Origin: Spirochaetaceae bacterium
GTDB lineage: Bacteria; Spirochaetota; Spirochaetia; DSM-2461
Assembly: GCA_965224705.1 (NCBI GenBank)
Contig: OZ245056.1
Span: 2,400,001-2,464,000 of the forward strand
Direction of reading: 5' to 3'
Length of the DNA stretch: 64,000 nt
Below, one piece after another: positions 50,049 to 58,449 of this stretch (its first letter is position 1; each line of letters begins with the position of its first letter). The position numbers and the translations under genes were made by a program. Below the pieces are notes generated by a model, which was not told where the DNA came from, searched no databases, and saw only the letters and a list, made by a program, of their open reading frames with translations.

Positions 50049-51406
50049 TATCTTTGGCGATGGAGTCACTACAAAAATCAATTCCTCCATACAATGAAGA
50101 GGCGGAAATGGCCACTCTTGGAGCTCTACTGCTCAATTTCTCCGTGGATTTCCTGGACGAAGTTCAACAGCATGTCAATGCTGATGATTTTTATAAGAGT
50201 GCTCATCAACTCATATTCAAGGGAATTGCCACTCTTAATGAAAAGGGCGAGGGAGTTGATATCCTCACTCTCACTGACATGCTTACCTCTACGGGTGACA
50301 TAGAGAGGGTCGGTGGAACATCGTACATAGCATCCCTCACATCCAGAGTTCCTACAACGGCCAATGTTTCCTACTATGCGAAGATCGTTAAGGAAGCAAG
50401 TATGCGCCGTTCTTTGCTTAAGGCGGCAAGGGATGTCATTGCCCAGGTTTACGATGATACATTGGAGATTCGTCATGCAATTGAAGAGGCAGAGAAATCT
50501 ATTTTTGACCTCATCGACAACCAGAGACGGGGAGAACTCAAACCAGCCGGATCCGTGATATCGGATACGGTTAAGAAAATCGAAGAACGAATTCATTCAA
50601 AGCAGGCATACACCGGAATACCGTCAGGATTCAAGGAGATTGACACCCTCACCAGTGGTTTTCAGGATTCAGAGGTAACAATTATTGGAGCCAGACCATC
50701 CGTCGGTAAAACAGCATTGGCTCTTACCATGGCAACCAATATTGCCGTAAGGAGTAATATTCCCTGCGGATTTTTTACCCTGGAGATGTCTGCGGTCTCA
50801 CTGATGATGAGGATTGTATCATCGGTCAGCAACATAGATTCCAACAAAATCCGCACTGGATTAATGGGAAAGAAGGATATGAATAAACTCACATTGGCTG
50901 CAGGAGATATCTATGAAGCTCCATTGATATTGCAGGATACTCCCAACATCCCTCTTCTCGATCTTCGATCTCTGGCCAGAAAAATGGTCATTAAGCACAT
51001 GGTTCGGATCATTTTCATTGATTACCTGGGCCTGATAACCCCTGAAGATATTTCTATTCCACGTCATGAGCAAATTGCATCTATCAGCCGTTCCTTGAAA
51101 TCTCTTGCTCGTGAACTCAACATCCCTGTCGTTGCCCTCTCCCAGGTTGGCCGACAGTCACATTTTAAAGCACCCTCATTAGCTGATTTGCGTGAGTCAG
51201 GAGCTTTGGAGCAGGATGCCGATGTTGTATTCTTGCTGTATCGAGAACACGATGCGGATAAAACAGGTGCTGAACAACAGAGCAGTGAATTTGTTGAAAC
51301 TATACTATCGGTCGCCAAGCAGCGAAACGGCCCTACTGGAGTTTTGAAGCTTAATTTCATACCTCGATATACACGTTATCAGCAATTCAATTATGATGGT
51401 GCTTAG
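50045..51406 (+). CDS. dnaB: Replicative DNA helicase
   Basis: PP...EAE, GARPSVGKT, IDYLGL, LSQ, DLRESGALEQDAD, AKQRNGPTG. Normal length, so no intein. Confidence 0.98.
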   Translation: MISLAMESLQKSIPPYNEEAEMATLGALLLNFSVDFLDEVQQHVNADDFYKSAHQLIFKGIATLNEKGEGVDILTLTDMLTSTGDIERVGGTSYIASLTSRVPTTANVSYYAKIVKEASMRRSLLKAARDVIAQVYDDTLEIRHAIEEAEKSIFDLIDNQRRGELKPAGSVISDTVKKIEERIHSKQAYTGIPSGFKEIDTLTSGFQDSEVTIIGARPSVGKTALALTMATNIAVRSNIPCGFFTLEMSAVSLMMRIVSSVSNIDSNKIRTGLMGKKDMNKLTLAAGDIYEAPLILQDTPNIPLLDLRSLARKMVIKHMVRIIFIDYLGLITPEDISIPRHEQIASISRSLKSLARELNIPVVALSQVGRQSHFKAPSLADLRESGALEQDADVVFLLYREHDADKTGAEQQSSEFVETILSVAKQRNGPTGVLKLNFIPRYTRYQQFNYDGA

Positions 51407-51414
51407 GAGGAATT

Positions 51415-51720
51415 ATGGCTCTATCTGATATGTATGATCTTTCAGTTCTCGGCAATCAAATCGAAGAATTTGTATTCGATGAGTTGGAAAGCCAGCTTGA
51501 TTCAGTTGAACACAAAGGCATCTGTAAGTGCAATGATTGCATTCTTGACATGGCTTGTTTTGCTCTGAATCAGCTCTCACCCAGTTACAGCTCATCCCTG
51601 ATGGGAAAAATCTACAACCAGGAAGTATATCAAAATGAAATACCAAAAGTTAAAGCAAAAGTCAGGGAAGCTATAATTAAAATTAGTCAGAATCCATTGT
51701 GCGGCAATAATACTCTTTAA
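51415..51720 (+). CDS. ComFB-family protein
   Basis: N..EE.V...L.......CKC..C..D.AC.ALN.L.P.Y signature; AGGAGG RBS. Confidence 0.85.
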   Translation: MALSDMYDLSVLGNQIEEFVFDELESQLDSVEHKGICKCNDCILDMACFALNQLSPSYSSSLMGKIYNQEVYQNEIPKVKAKVREAIIKISQNPLCGNNTL

Positions 51721-53789
51721 TTCAGATCCAGGATATTCAGGTTTTTCAGCCTGGATGGATTGAGTTCTTTTCTACCGCTGTACAGGATGAAATTCCCCAG
51801 TGCTTCTTTGGTTGTCCACATTGTATCCCGGTTCGGACTCTGGGCCAGCCATAGATCTCCCTTGAAGAAACGGACACTCAGCAAGGCTTGCTTACCTCTT
51901 TTTGCATCCCAGAGAATCAGTTTCCCGCCCGCATCTATTCCGTAGAGAAAATTTCCCTGTTCGTAGAGACTTATTATCTGTTCATCCCATTCAAATTTTT
52001 TCCTCTGATTTCCGCTAATCCTGGTTATTGTACCGCCTAGAGTCGTGTACACTCCACCATCTGATTGATCTGGAATAACAATGGCATTGAAATCTTCACC
52101 ATCGATTCGAGCCAGTAGTCTGGAAACCGCGGGATCTTCAATATTATGAGCCCTCAGTTCTGTGGTCATCTCACCGCGATTTTTTCGGGAAGCACCCAGA
52201 GTGTAAAAGAATTGTCCATCAGAAGTAATGCTGTAAACTATAAATCGATCATCAGGAATGGGAGAGGACTCTTTTGTTGACATCTCAATTCTTTCCAGAG
52301 AAGCATGGTTTTTCTTATTAACGGATCGGCCGACAAGGACGAAATTCCCATCTGGAGAATAAGATGCATCCAGTATTCCCAGAGATGTGTATTTATCCAG
52401 TATCATTCCGTTCTGGATGTCTGAAATTCGTATCGTCCCGGTATTATCCACGGTCAGGGTCTGTTCACTGTCAATGACTTCAAGTTCCTGTATCATTGTA
52501 TTGTTCATTAGATATTTCATGTCTGCGGGATAATCGAAATCTAAAACTCTTATTCCTTTATCAGCTGTCTGTTCAGTCCACAGAAGAACGTCACCGTTAG
52601 AGATGATTTCCAGACCAGTGCCCCCAACAGATAGACCTGACATTGTCAGATTATCTGTGAGTTTTTCCAGATTATTGGAATCTTCATGGGAGTTTGAATT
52701 AAAAAATGGAGATGTGAAACGCAGTATTCTGCGACTGTTACTGATGTACATTTGATCATTGTAAAACTCTGAATCCTGTGGATACCACAGTACATCACGG
52801 ATGATTTCTGATAACCCCAGTTCTGTATGCTGGAATAATTCACCAGAAGAAGTCGCAATATAGGTATGATCTTTGTCTCTGGTAATGCTGACAGGGGGAG
52901 ATGGTGTCTGCAATAGGAATTTTGTCGGCTTGTAGTCTCTGTCAATGAAATCTCCATCAATTATTGTAAACTGCTGAACCATTGAACCTGAGTTCGTTTG
53001 AACGAGAACGTCCAGGTAGCCATTTGAAGCATCAATGACGGTATCAATAATTCCAGGGATACTCAATGTACTCTGAACAGCACCTGTTTGACGGTTGATA
53101 GTGTAAAGGGTGTCGGAATTGCGGGCGAGTAGATTCAGTTTTTCACCAGTCTGAAGTACAACAATATCCTGTAAGTCCGGAAGTGTGTTGACAGTCATTT
53201 TTCGGGCCGATGCCGAAATATCCCAGTAATGAATGACGCCGCTTGAAGAGTACGCCATCAAAATTTTTTCAGTTCGACCGATGTATCCCATGTCGTACAA
53301 TGAGGAGATGTTCTTCAAGTAGGATAATTGTCGGCCAGTTTTGCTCTCGATAATGAGTATGTTGGGTGCATCAATTTTTCCTGCAACCAGATATTTCCCC
53401 CTGGTAGACCAGGATATGTAAAGAGGTTGGGCATTGAAAGAAAACCTGTATAGTTCTTTCTCGTCATTCCAATCCCAGACAGAAAGGGTGTATGAATCAT
53501 TCTCTGATGAGATCAATGCTATTCTGTTTCCTGTTGGATCGCTTCGAAACAGATGACTTTTACCATTTGTTACCTTGATTCGATGGAGAACTTTTCTGGA
53601 TTTCGGATTGGTAACGATGAGTATTCCATCCTGCCCGACAGAAAGAATCATGCCGGATTTCCTGTGCCACTGTACATCAACAGGTTTACCCCTGTGAAAC
53701 GATTGGATGACAAGTCGATCAACGGCTGATACCTGATGAACAGACAACGCAAAGAACAGGATGAAAGATACAGGCTGGAAGAATCGCAT
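51717..53789 (-). CDS. Exported WD40/beta-propeller protein
   Basis: Signal peptide MRFFQPVSFILFFALSVHQVSA at ATG 53789; WD-like repeats (LSVGQDG, SVWDW, HYWDI, ILWD). The track's extra 116 N-terminal residues come almost entirely from the repeat element. Confidence 0.8.
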   Translation of the reverse strand: MRFFQPVSFILFFALSVHQVSAVDRLVIQSFHRGKPVDVQWHRKSGMILSVGQDGILIVTNPKSRKVLHRIKVTNGKSHLFRSDPTGNRIALISSENDSYTLSVWDWNDEKELYRFSFNAQPLYISWSTRGKYLVAGKIDAPNILIIESKTGRQLSYLKNISSLYDMGYIGRTEKILMAYSSSGVIHYWDISASARKMTVNTLPDLQDIVVLQTGEKLNLLARNSDTLYTINRQTGAVQSTLSIPGIIDTVIDASNGYLDVLVQTNSGSMVQQFTIIDGDFIDRDYKPTKFLLQTPSPPVSITRDKDHTYIATSSGELFQHTELGLSEIIRDVLWYPQDSEFYNDQMYISNSRRILRFTSPFFNSNSHEDSNNLEKLTDNLTMSGLSVGGTGLEIISNGDVLLWTEQTADKGIRVLDFDYPADMKYLMNNTMIQELEVIDSEQTLTVDNTGTIRISDIQNGMILDKYTSLGILDASYSPDGNFVLVGRSVNKKNHASLERIEMSTKESSPIPDDRFIVYSITSDGQFFYTLGASRKNRGEMTTELRAHNIEDPAVSRLLARIDGEDFNAIVIPDQSDGGVYTTLGGTITRISGNQRKKFEWDEQIISLYEQGNFLYGIDAGGKLILWDAKRGKQALLSVRFFKGDLWLAQSPNRDTMWTTKEALGNFILYSGRKELNPSRLKNLNILDLN

Positions 53790-53797
53790 TACTCCAG

Positions 53798-53958
53798 GAG
53801 TCTGTCGGACTTTAAGACTTCGAGGCGATTTTTGATGATTTTTTTCTGATACAAGGCGCCAAAAGCGGAGCGTAGCTGGGCTACGTGAGCATTTTGGCAA
53901 CGCGGTAGCGGGAAAAAAGGGCAAAAATCGAGCCGTGAGGCGGAAGTCCGACAGACTT
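53798..53958 (-). mobile_element. 161-bp palindromic MITE-like element, copy 2
   Basis: TIRs GAGTCTGTCGGACTT / AAGTCCGACAGACTT; flanked by CCAG on both sides (+ strand). Confidence 0.9.
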
Positions 53959-53962
53959 CCAG

Positions 53963-54123
53963 GAGCCTGTCGGACTTTAAGACTTCGAGGCGATTTTTGA
54001 TGATTTTTTTCTGATACAAGGCGCCAAAAGCGGAGCGTAGCTGGGCTACGTGAGCATTTTGGCAACGCGGTAGCGGGAAAAAAGGGCAAAAATCGAGCCG
54101 TGAGGCGGAAGTCCGACAGGCTC
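53963..54123 (-). mobile_element. 161-bp palindromic MITE-like element, copy 3 (tandem with copy 2)
   Basis: Perfect TIRs GAGCCTGTCGGACTT / AAGTCCGACAGGCTC; interior identical to copy 2; flanked by CCAG and CTAG (rseP stop). Confidence 0.9.
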
Positions 54124-55512
54124 CTAGTGGCTGGCATCTTTATAACCCATTAAATCGCCGGTAGTCGCGATAATGGTGAGAATGAATACGATTATTATAC
54201 CTGCGATTTGATATCTGTAGATTAATTGAGGCTTCAATGGCCGTTTCTGTAACCATTCTGTAATGAATAACACGATTTGCCCTCCATCAAGAACAGGTAT
54301 GGGGAGGAGATTGAGAAAGGCCAGGGATATCGAAATAAATGCTATGAGTCTGGATGTCATTAAAAGACCGGGTCTGAACCCATATTGGAATCCCCTTACA
54401 ACGGTTTCACCGGTCAGGGAAATAAGACGGACAGGGCCGGAAACTGCATTCCGCAACTGTATCCCCATAAACATCATGCGAATACTCCGTAAGGTTGATT
54501 CAATTGTATTCCATGATTCTGATACCCCTCGACCTATTGCACCGAATAATCCCAGCTTTTCGGAACGACCGGTTCTCACTGCAAACTCAATACCCAGGTC
54601 CTCCCCGGAGGATAAATCCCAATTAGATTCAAGACGTTTCCCATCGCGCAGGAATTCGATGTTCACGGTGGTGTTTGAACTCTTCAGTGAATTGTAGATA
54701 TCAAAAGTGTGGGAGACAGGTTTATTGTTGATTGAGATGATCTCATCTCCAGATTGAAGCCCTGCCAGAGCGGCTATGGATTTTGATTCAATAGATGATA
54801 TCACCGGGTTCACCCAGTTCATCACTCCAATAACAGCTCTCCCATCGACTTTATCCAATTGAGGAGTAATTGTGGTGGACAGTTTTTTACCATCTCGAAG
54901 AAAAGTCAATGCGATTTTCTCACCTGGTCTGAATATCAATCTCTGCCGCAATTCCTGAAATCGGTCAATTTCCCTGTCATCAATTTCAAGAATGAGATCA
55001 CCAGTTTTCAATCCGGCTTCATCTGCGGGCCAGGTAAGGCCATCATCTGAGTATTCTGAGATCAGAATAATTCTAGGTTCTGTATACTGCTCATTGTATC
55101 CAATCCATGCAATTACTGTAAAAACAAGAATGGATAAAACAATATTACCTGCGGGGCCGGCAATGGATACAAGGATCCTTTTCCAGGGCGGACTGGCATA
55201 GAAATCACCTTTATTGGCAGGAATGGCCTGCATTCTTTTTTCCAAAGCCAATCTCAATGACTCTTCTCCGTCGAAACGGCAATACCCACCAAGAGGAATC
55301 AGGGATAACCTGTAGTCTGTTCCTTTGTATTGAAATCCAAGCAAACGCTTACCAAATCCTATAGAAAATGTCGTTACTCTTATTTTTACCAGTCGGGCAG
55401 CAAAGTAGTGACTGGCCTCATGGATCAATACAACGAAGGATAAACCTGCTATTCCAAGAGTTACTTTGGCAACGATGCTCAGTATTGGACTACTCAATTG
55501 TGTGCCTTCCAA
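54124..55512 (-). CDS. rseP: Site-2 intramembrane metalloprotease RseP
   Basis: HEASH, FSIGFG, IPLGGYC, AGP, two PDZ-like domains, NLLPIPVLDGG. Confidence 0.95.
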   Translation of the reverse strand: MEGTQLSSPILSIVAKVTLGIAGLSFVVLIHEASHYFAARLVKIRVTTFSIGFGKRLLGFQYKGTDYRLSLIPLGGYCRFDGEESLRLALEKRMQAIPANKGDFYASPPWKRILVSIAGPAGNIVLSILVFTVIAWIGYNEQYTEPRIILISEYSDDGLTWPADEAGLKTGDLILEIDDREIDRFQELRQRLIFRPGEKIALTFLRDGKKLSTTITPQLDKVDGRAVIGVMNWVNPVISSIESKSIAALAGLQSGDEIISINNKPVSHTFDIYNSLKSSNTTVNIEFLRDGKRLESNWDLSSGEDLGIEFAVRTGRSEKLGLFGAIGRGVSESWNTIESTLRSIRMMFMGIQLRNAVSGPVRLISLTGETVVRGFQYGFRPGLLMTSRLIAFISISLAFLNLLPIPVLDGGQIVLFITEWLQKRPLKPQLIYRYQIAGIIIVFILTIIATTGDLMGYKDASH

Positions 55513-56335
55513 TCTTAAGGAATATAATAAAAAGTGGTGCAGTGAACAGACATGAATCTATGGAATCCAATATCCCCCCTCGGCCAAGGATCACTCTTCC
55601 TGAATCCTTAACTCCAACAGCACGTTTAAGAGCCGACTCAACAAGATCTCCAATAATAACAGTAATACCCAATATGATGCCGAAAAAAAGAAGCTGCCAT
55701 AGTGTGTGGGGGAGCAGGCGGGGAAGAAACCGCGATGCGACGACGATGACAATGGCCGAAGATATAACACCGGCTATAAAACCTTCAAGGCTCTTATTGG
55801 GACTGACAGCAATCAGTTCACGGTGTTTACCAAGAAGTACACCAATAAGCCATGCACTTGAATCATTGAGAAAAATGATCAGCATAAATACAAAGATTGC
55901 ATAGCGATTTTGGGGCAGCAGACTGATTTCATGCATCCACCAGAGAAAATATCCTGGATATACAACCATTATCAATTTAGCACCAATGTTTTTGATAACA
56001 GAGGGGAACTCAGCCTCCGAGGCAAATACCGCATGGGTAAAAGCCCAGGTTATTCCGAGAGTAAGAGAAAGAATGGGTATTTCAGGATAAATCCAGCCTT
56101 GATGGACCAGCCATGAGAGGACAGGAGCCATAGCAGGAATAAAGATAGACCAGGGGGGAATGCTGATATCGGCCTGCCTGAACATGGCCCTCATCTCAAG
56201 ACCGGCAATAAGTCCAAGAATAACGATGAGTACTGTGTACCATATGTAGTATTTGAGAGGTGTAAAAAGAATCAGCATTCCCAGAAAAGGTATGGCGACG
56301 ACAAACAGGATGACTCTCTTCATTACATTACTCAT
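55490..56335 (-). CDS. cdsA: Phosphatidate cytidylyltransferase
   Basis: SPNKSLEG, GDLVESALKR..GVKDSG....GRGGILD.IDS. Confidence 0.95.
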   Translation of the reverse strand: MSNVMKRVILFVVAIPFLGMLILFTPLKYYIWYTVLIVILGLIAGLEMRAMFRQADISIPPWSIFIPAMAPVLSWLVHQGWIYPEIPILSLTLGITWAFTHAVFASEAEFPSVIKNIGAKLIMVVYPGYFLWWMHEISLLPQNRYAIFVFMLIIFLNDSSAWLIGVLLGKHRELIAVSPNKSLEGFIAGVISSAIVIVVASRFLPRLLPHTLWQLLFFGIILGITVIIGDLVESALKRAVGVKDSGRVILGRGGILDSIDSCLFTAPLFIIFLKIGRHTIE

Positions 56336-57035
56336 GGACCCTCCCAAATCGGCGCTGACGGGATTGAAAATGAGATATTGCCTCATCAAGATGCTCTGGT
56401 GACCAATCCGGCCAGAAAATATCGGAAAAGTAGAACTCTGAGTATGCCGTTTGCCAGAGAAGAAAATTACTCAATCGGCACTCTCCCCCAGTGCGTATCA
56501 TTATGTCAGGATCAGATATTTCCGGCTGATCCAGATTCTGGCGTAAAAGTTCTTCCGTCAGTGATTCCAATTTCCCGCCTTTTTGGGCAAAACATTTGAT
56601 GGCTCTCACGATCTCATCTCGGCCACCATAATTTATAAGGAGGTTGACCTTCATACCATCGAACAGGGCTGTTTCGCTCTCAGCCCGAAGAATTTCATCC
56701 CGTACTGACTTCGGCAGACTTTCGAGATTTCCAGAATGGATGATTCTTATCCGGTGCTCTTTATAAAAACCATACTGTTTCCTGAGATTTGAATTCAAAA
56801 GGTTCATCAGGAAATCCACTTCAATAACAGTACGGTGCCAGTTTTCAGTGGAAAAAACATACAGAGACAGGACTTTGATGCCCAGATTTGAAGCATGAGC
56901 CACAATTCGTTTTGCTGTTTTCAATCCTTCCTTGTGACCACTGGTCCGGGGGAGGCCTCGTTCCTGTGCCCAACGACCATTCCCGTCCATTATTATACCA
57001 ACATGGTATGGCATAATGGGGGTTTCATCCCTCAT
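56328..57035 (-). CDS. uppS: Undecaprenyl diphosphate synthase
   Basis: HVGIIMDGNGRWA, FSTENW, NYGGR.EI, IRTGGE.RLSNFLLWQ. Confidence 0.97.
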   Translation of the reverse strand: MRDETPIMPYHVGIIMDGNGRWAQERGLPRTSGHKEGLKTAKRIVAHASNLGIKVLSLYVFSTENWHRTVIEVDFLMNLLNSNLRKQYGFYKEHRIRIIHSGNLESLPKSVRDEILRAESETALFDGMKVNLLINYGGRDEIVRAIKCFAQKGGKLESLTEELLRQNLDQPEISDPDIMIRTGGECRLSNFLLWQTAYSEFYFSDIFWPDWSPEHLDEAISHFQSRQRRFGRVHE

Positions 57036-57580
57036 TAAACTTCCATAATCTCCTGCTCTTTGGCCTTAAACATATTGTCAATCTTTTCTATATGGGAATC
57101 TGTCAGCTTCTGGATAGTGGCTGTTTCTTTTTTTTGTTCATCTTCGGTATATTCACCGTGTTTAATCTGATCATTTAAATCACGGCGAATGTTTCGGATG
57201 GAAACCTTGGAGGCTTCGGCAATACTTTTTGCCTGTTTGACAAGTTCCTTACGCCGCTCTTCATTAAGCGGGGGAATGGCTATGCGGATTATCTTTCCAT
57301 CATTACCGGGATTCAGACCCAGTTCAGAGGTCAGTATTGCTTTCTCGATATCCCCTATGGATTTTCTGTCAAAGGGCTGGATTACGATTAAACGAGCCTC
57401 AGGAATGGAAATATTGGCCAGCTGGTTCAAAGGGGTAGGGGTTCCGTAGTAATCAACATGTATTCCGTTGAACAGAGATGCTGAAGCACGGCCTGTTCTT
57501 AACTGACTGAAGTCGTCTTCAAGAGCATTGATACTTTTGCCCATTCTCTTTTCGGCATCAGTCCTTTTCGTATCATCCAC
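57035..57580 (-). CDS. frr: Ribosome recycling factor
   Basis: LRTGRAS, VDYYG.PTPL.Q, LGLNP.NDG, PPL.EERRKELVK, IRNIRRD. Confidence 0.97.
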   Translation of the reverse strand: MDDTKRTDAEKRMGKSINALEDDFSQLRTGRASASLFNGIHVDYYGTPTPLNQLANISIPEARLIVIQPFDRKSIGDIEKAILTSELGLNPGNDGKIIRIAIPPLNEERRKELVKQAKSIAEASKVSIRNIRRDLNDQIKHGEYTEDEQKKETATIQKLTDSHIEKIDNMFKAKEQEIMEV

Positions 57581-57603
57581 AAGTATTCTCCTTCGAAAAC
57601 AAT

Positions 57604-58449
57604 CTAGTCTTCCTGACCGATTGCAATGTACGCATAATCAGTCAATGTCAGGCTGCCATTGATACTCTTCGCCGTTTCATTGATTACCTGTTTAACAGAC
57701 TTTTTATTCTCCTTTATGTGATCTTGATCAATGAGACATATTTGACTTAGATGCTTATTCAGTTTTCCCTGAACTATTCCTTTTACTACTTTCTCAGGCT
57801 TGTCGCCCAGTTTATTGGCTTGAGAGAGAAAAATCTCTTCCTGTTCTTTGATGTAAGCTGGGTCAATAGTGTCTCTGCTCAGGTAAGATGGGTTATATGC
57901 AGCGACATGTAAGGCCAGATCAAATGCCAGGGCTCTCACTTCATCCGAGCCTGCAGTTTCTGCACAGTCACATGTCAATTTTACCATACTTCCTATAACA
58001 CCGTCATTATGGGCATAACTGGTAACAATTTCATTATTTGCATAATCCCAGTAGACAATTCTCCCCAGGAGCATGTTCTCCTTAAGAACAGCCATAGCCT
58101 CTTTGACCATATTTTCAACAGAGGTGCTTCTATCGGCGGAACCTGAGTTCAAAATAGCCGCAGCAATTTTTTCTCCAGTTGTCCGAAATACATCATTCTT
58201 AGCGACAAAGTCCGTTTCACAGGTGAGTTCTATCATGGATGCTTTACCACCCTCAATGGATGTGAAAACTAAACCATTTTTAGTTGCCCGGCCCATGCGT
58301 TTATCGGCACTTGCCATGCCCTGCTCCTTGAGAATTTTCTCAGCAAGAGTGAACTCGCCTGCTGCTTTGATCAGAGCATTCTTACAATCCAGCATACCTG
58401 CACCAGTTTTATCCCGGAGTTTCTTTACATCCTGAGGAGTTACAGTCAT
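57604..58449 (-). CDS. tsf: Elongation factor Ts
   Basis: VK.LR.KTGAGM.DCK.AL, ELTCETDFVAKN, KP..V...IV.GKL.K. Confidence 0.97.
   Translation of the reverse strand: MTVTPQDVKKLRDKTGAGMLDCKNALIKAAGEFTLAEKILKEQGMASADKRMGRATKNGLVFTSIEGGKASMIELTCETDFVAKNDVFRTTGEKIAAAILNSGSADRSTSVENMVKEAMAVLKENMLLGRIVYWDYANNEIVTSYAHNDGVIGSMVKLTCDCAETAGSDEVRALAFDLALHVAAYNPSYLSRDTIDPAYIKEQEEIFLSQANKLGDKPEKVVKGIVQGKLNKHLSQICLIDQDHIKENKKSVKQVINETAKSINGSLTLTDYAYIAIGQED

Noticed and set aside
53798..54123. Tandem 165-bp repeats as a CRISPR array or integron cassette array
   Set aside because: There are no unique spacers or cassette ORFs between the repeats, no cas or integron integrase gene, and the unit is too long for a CRISPR repeat.
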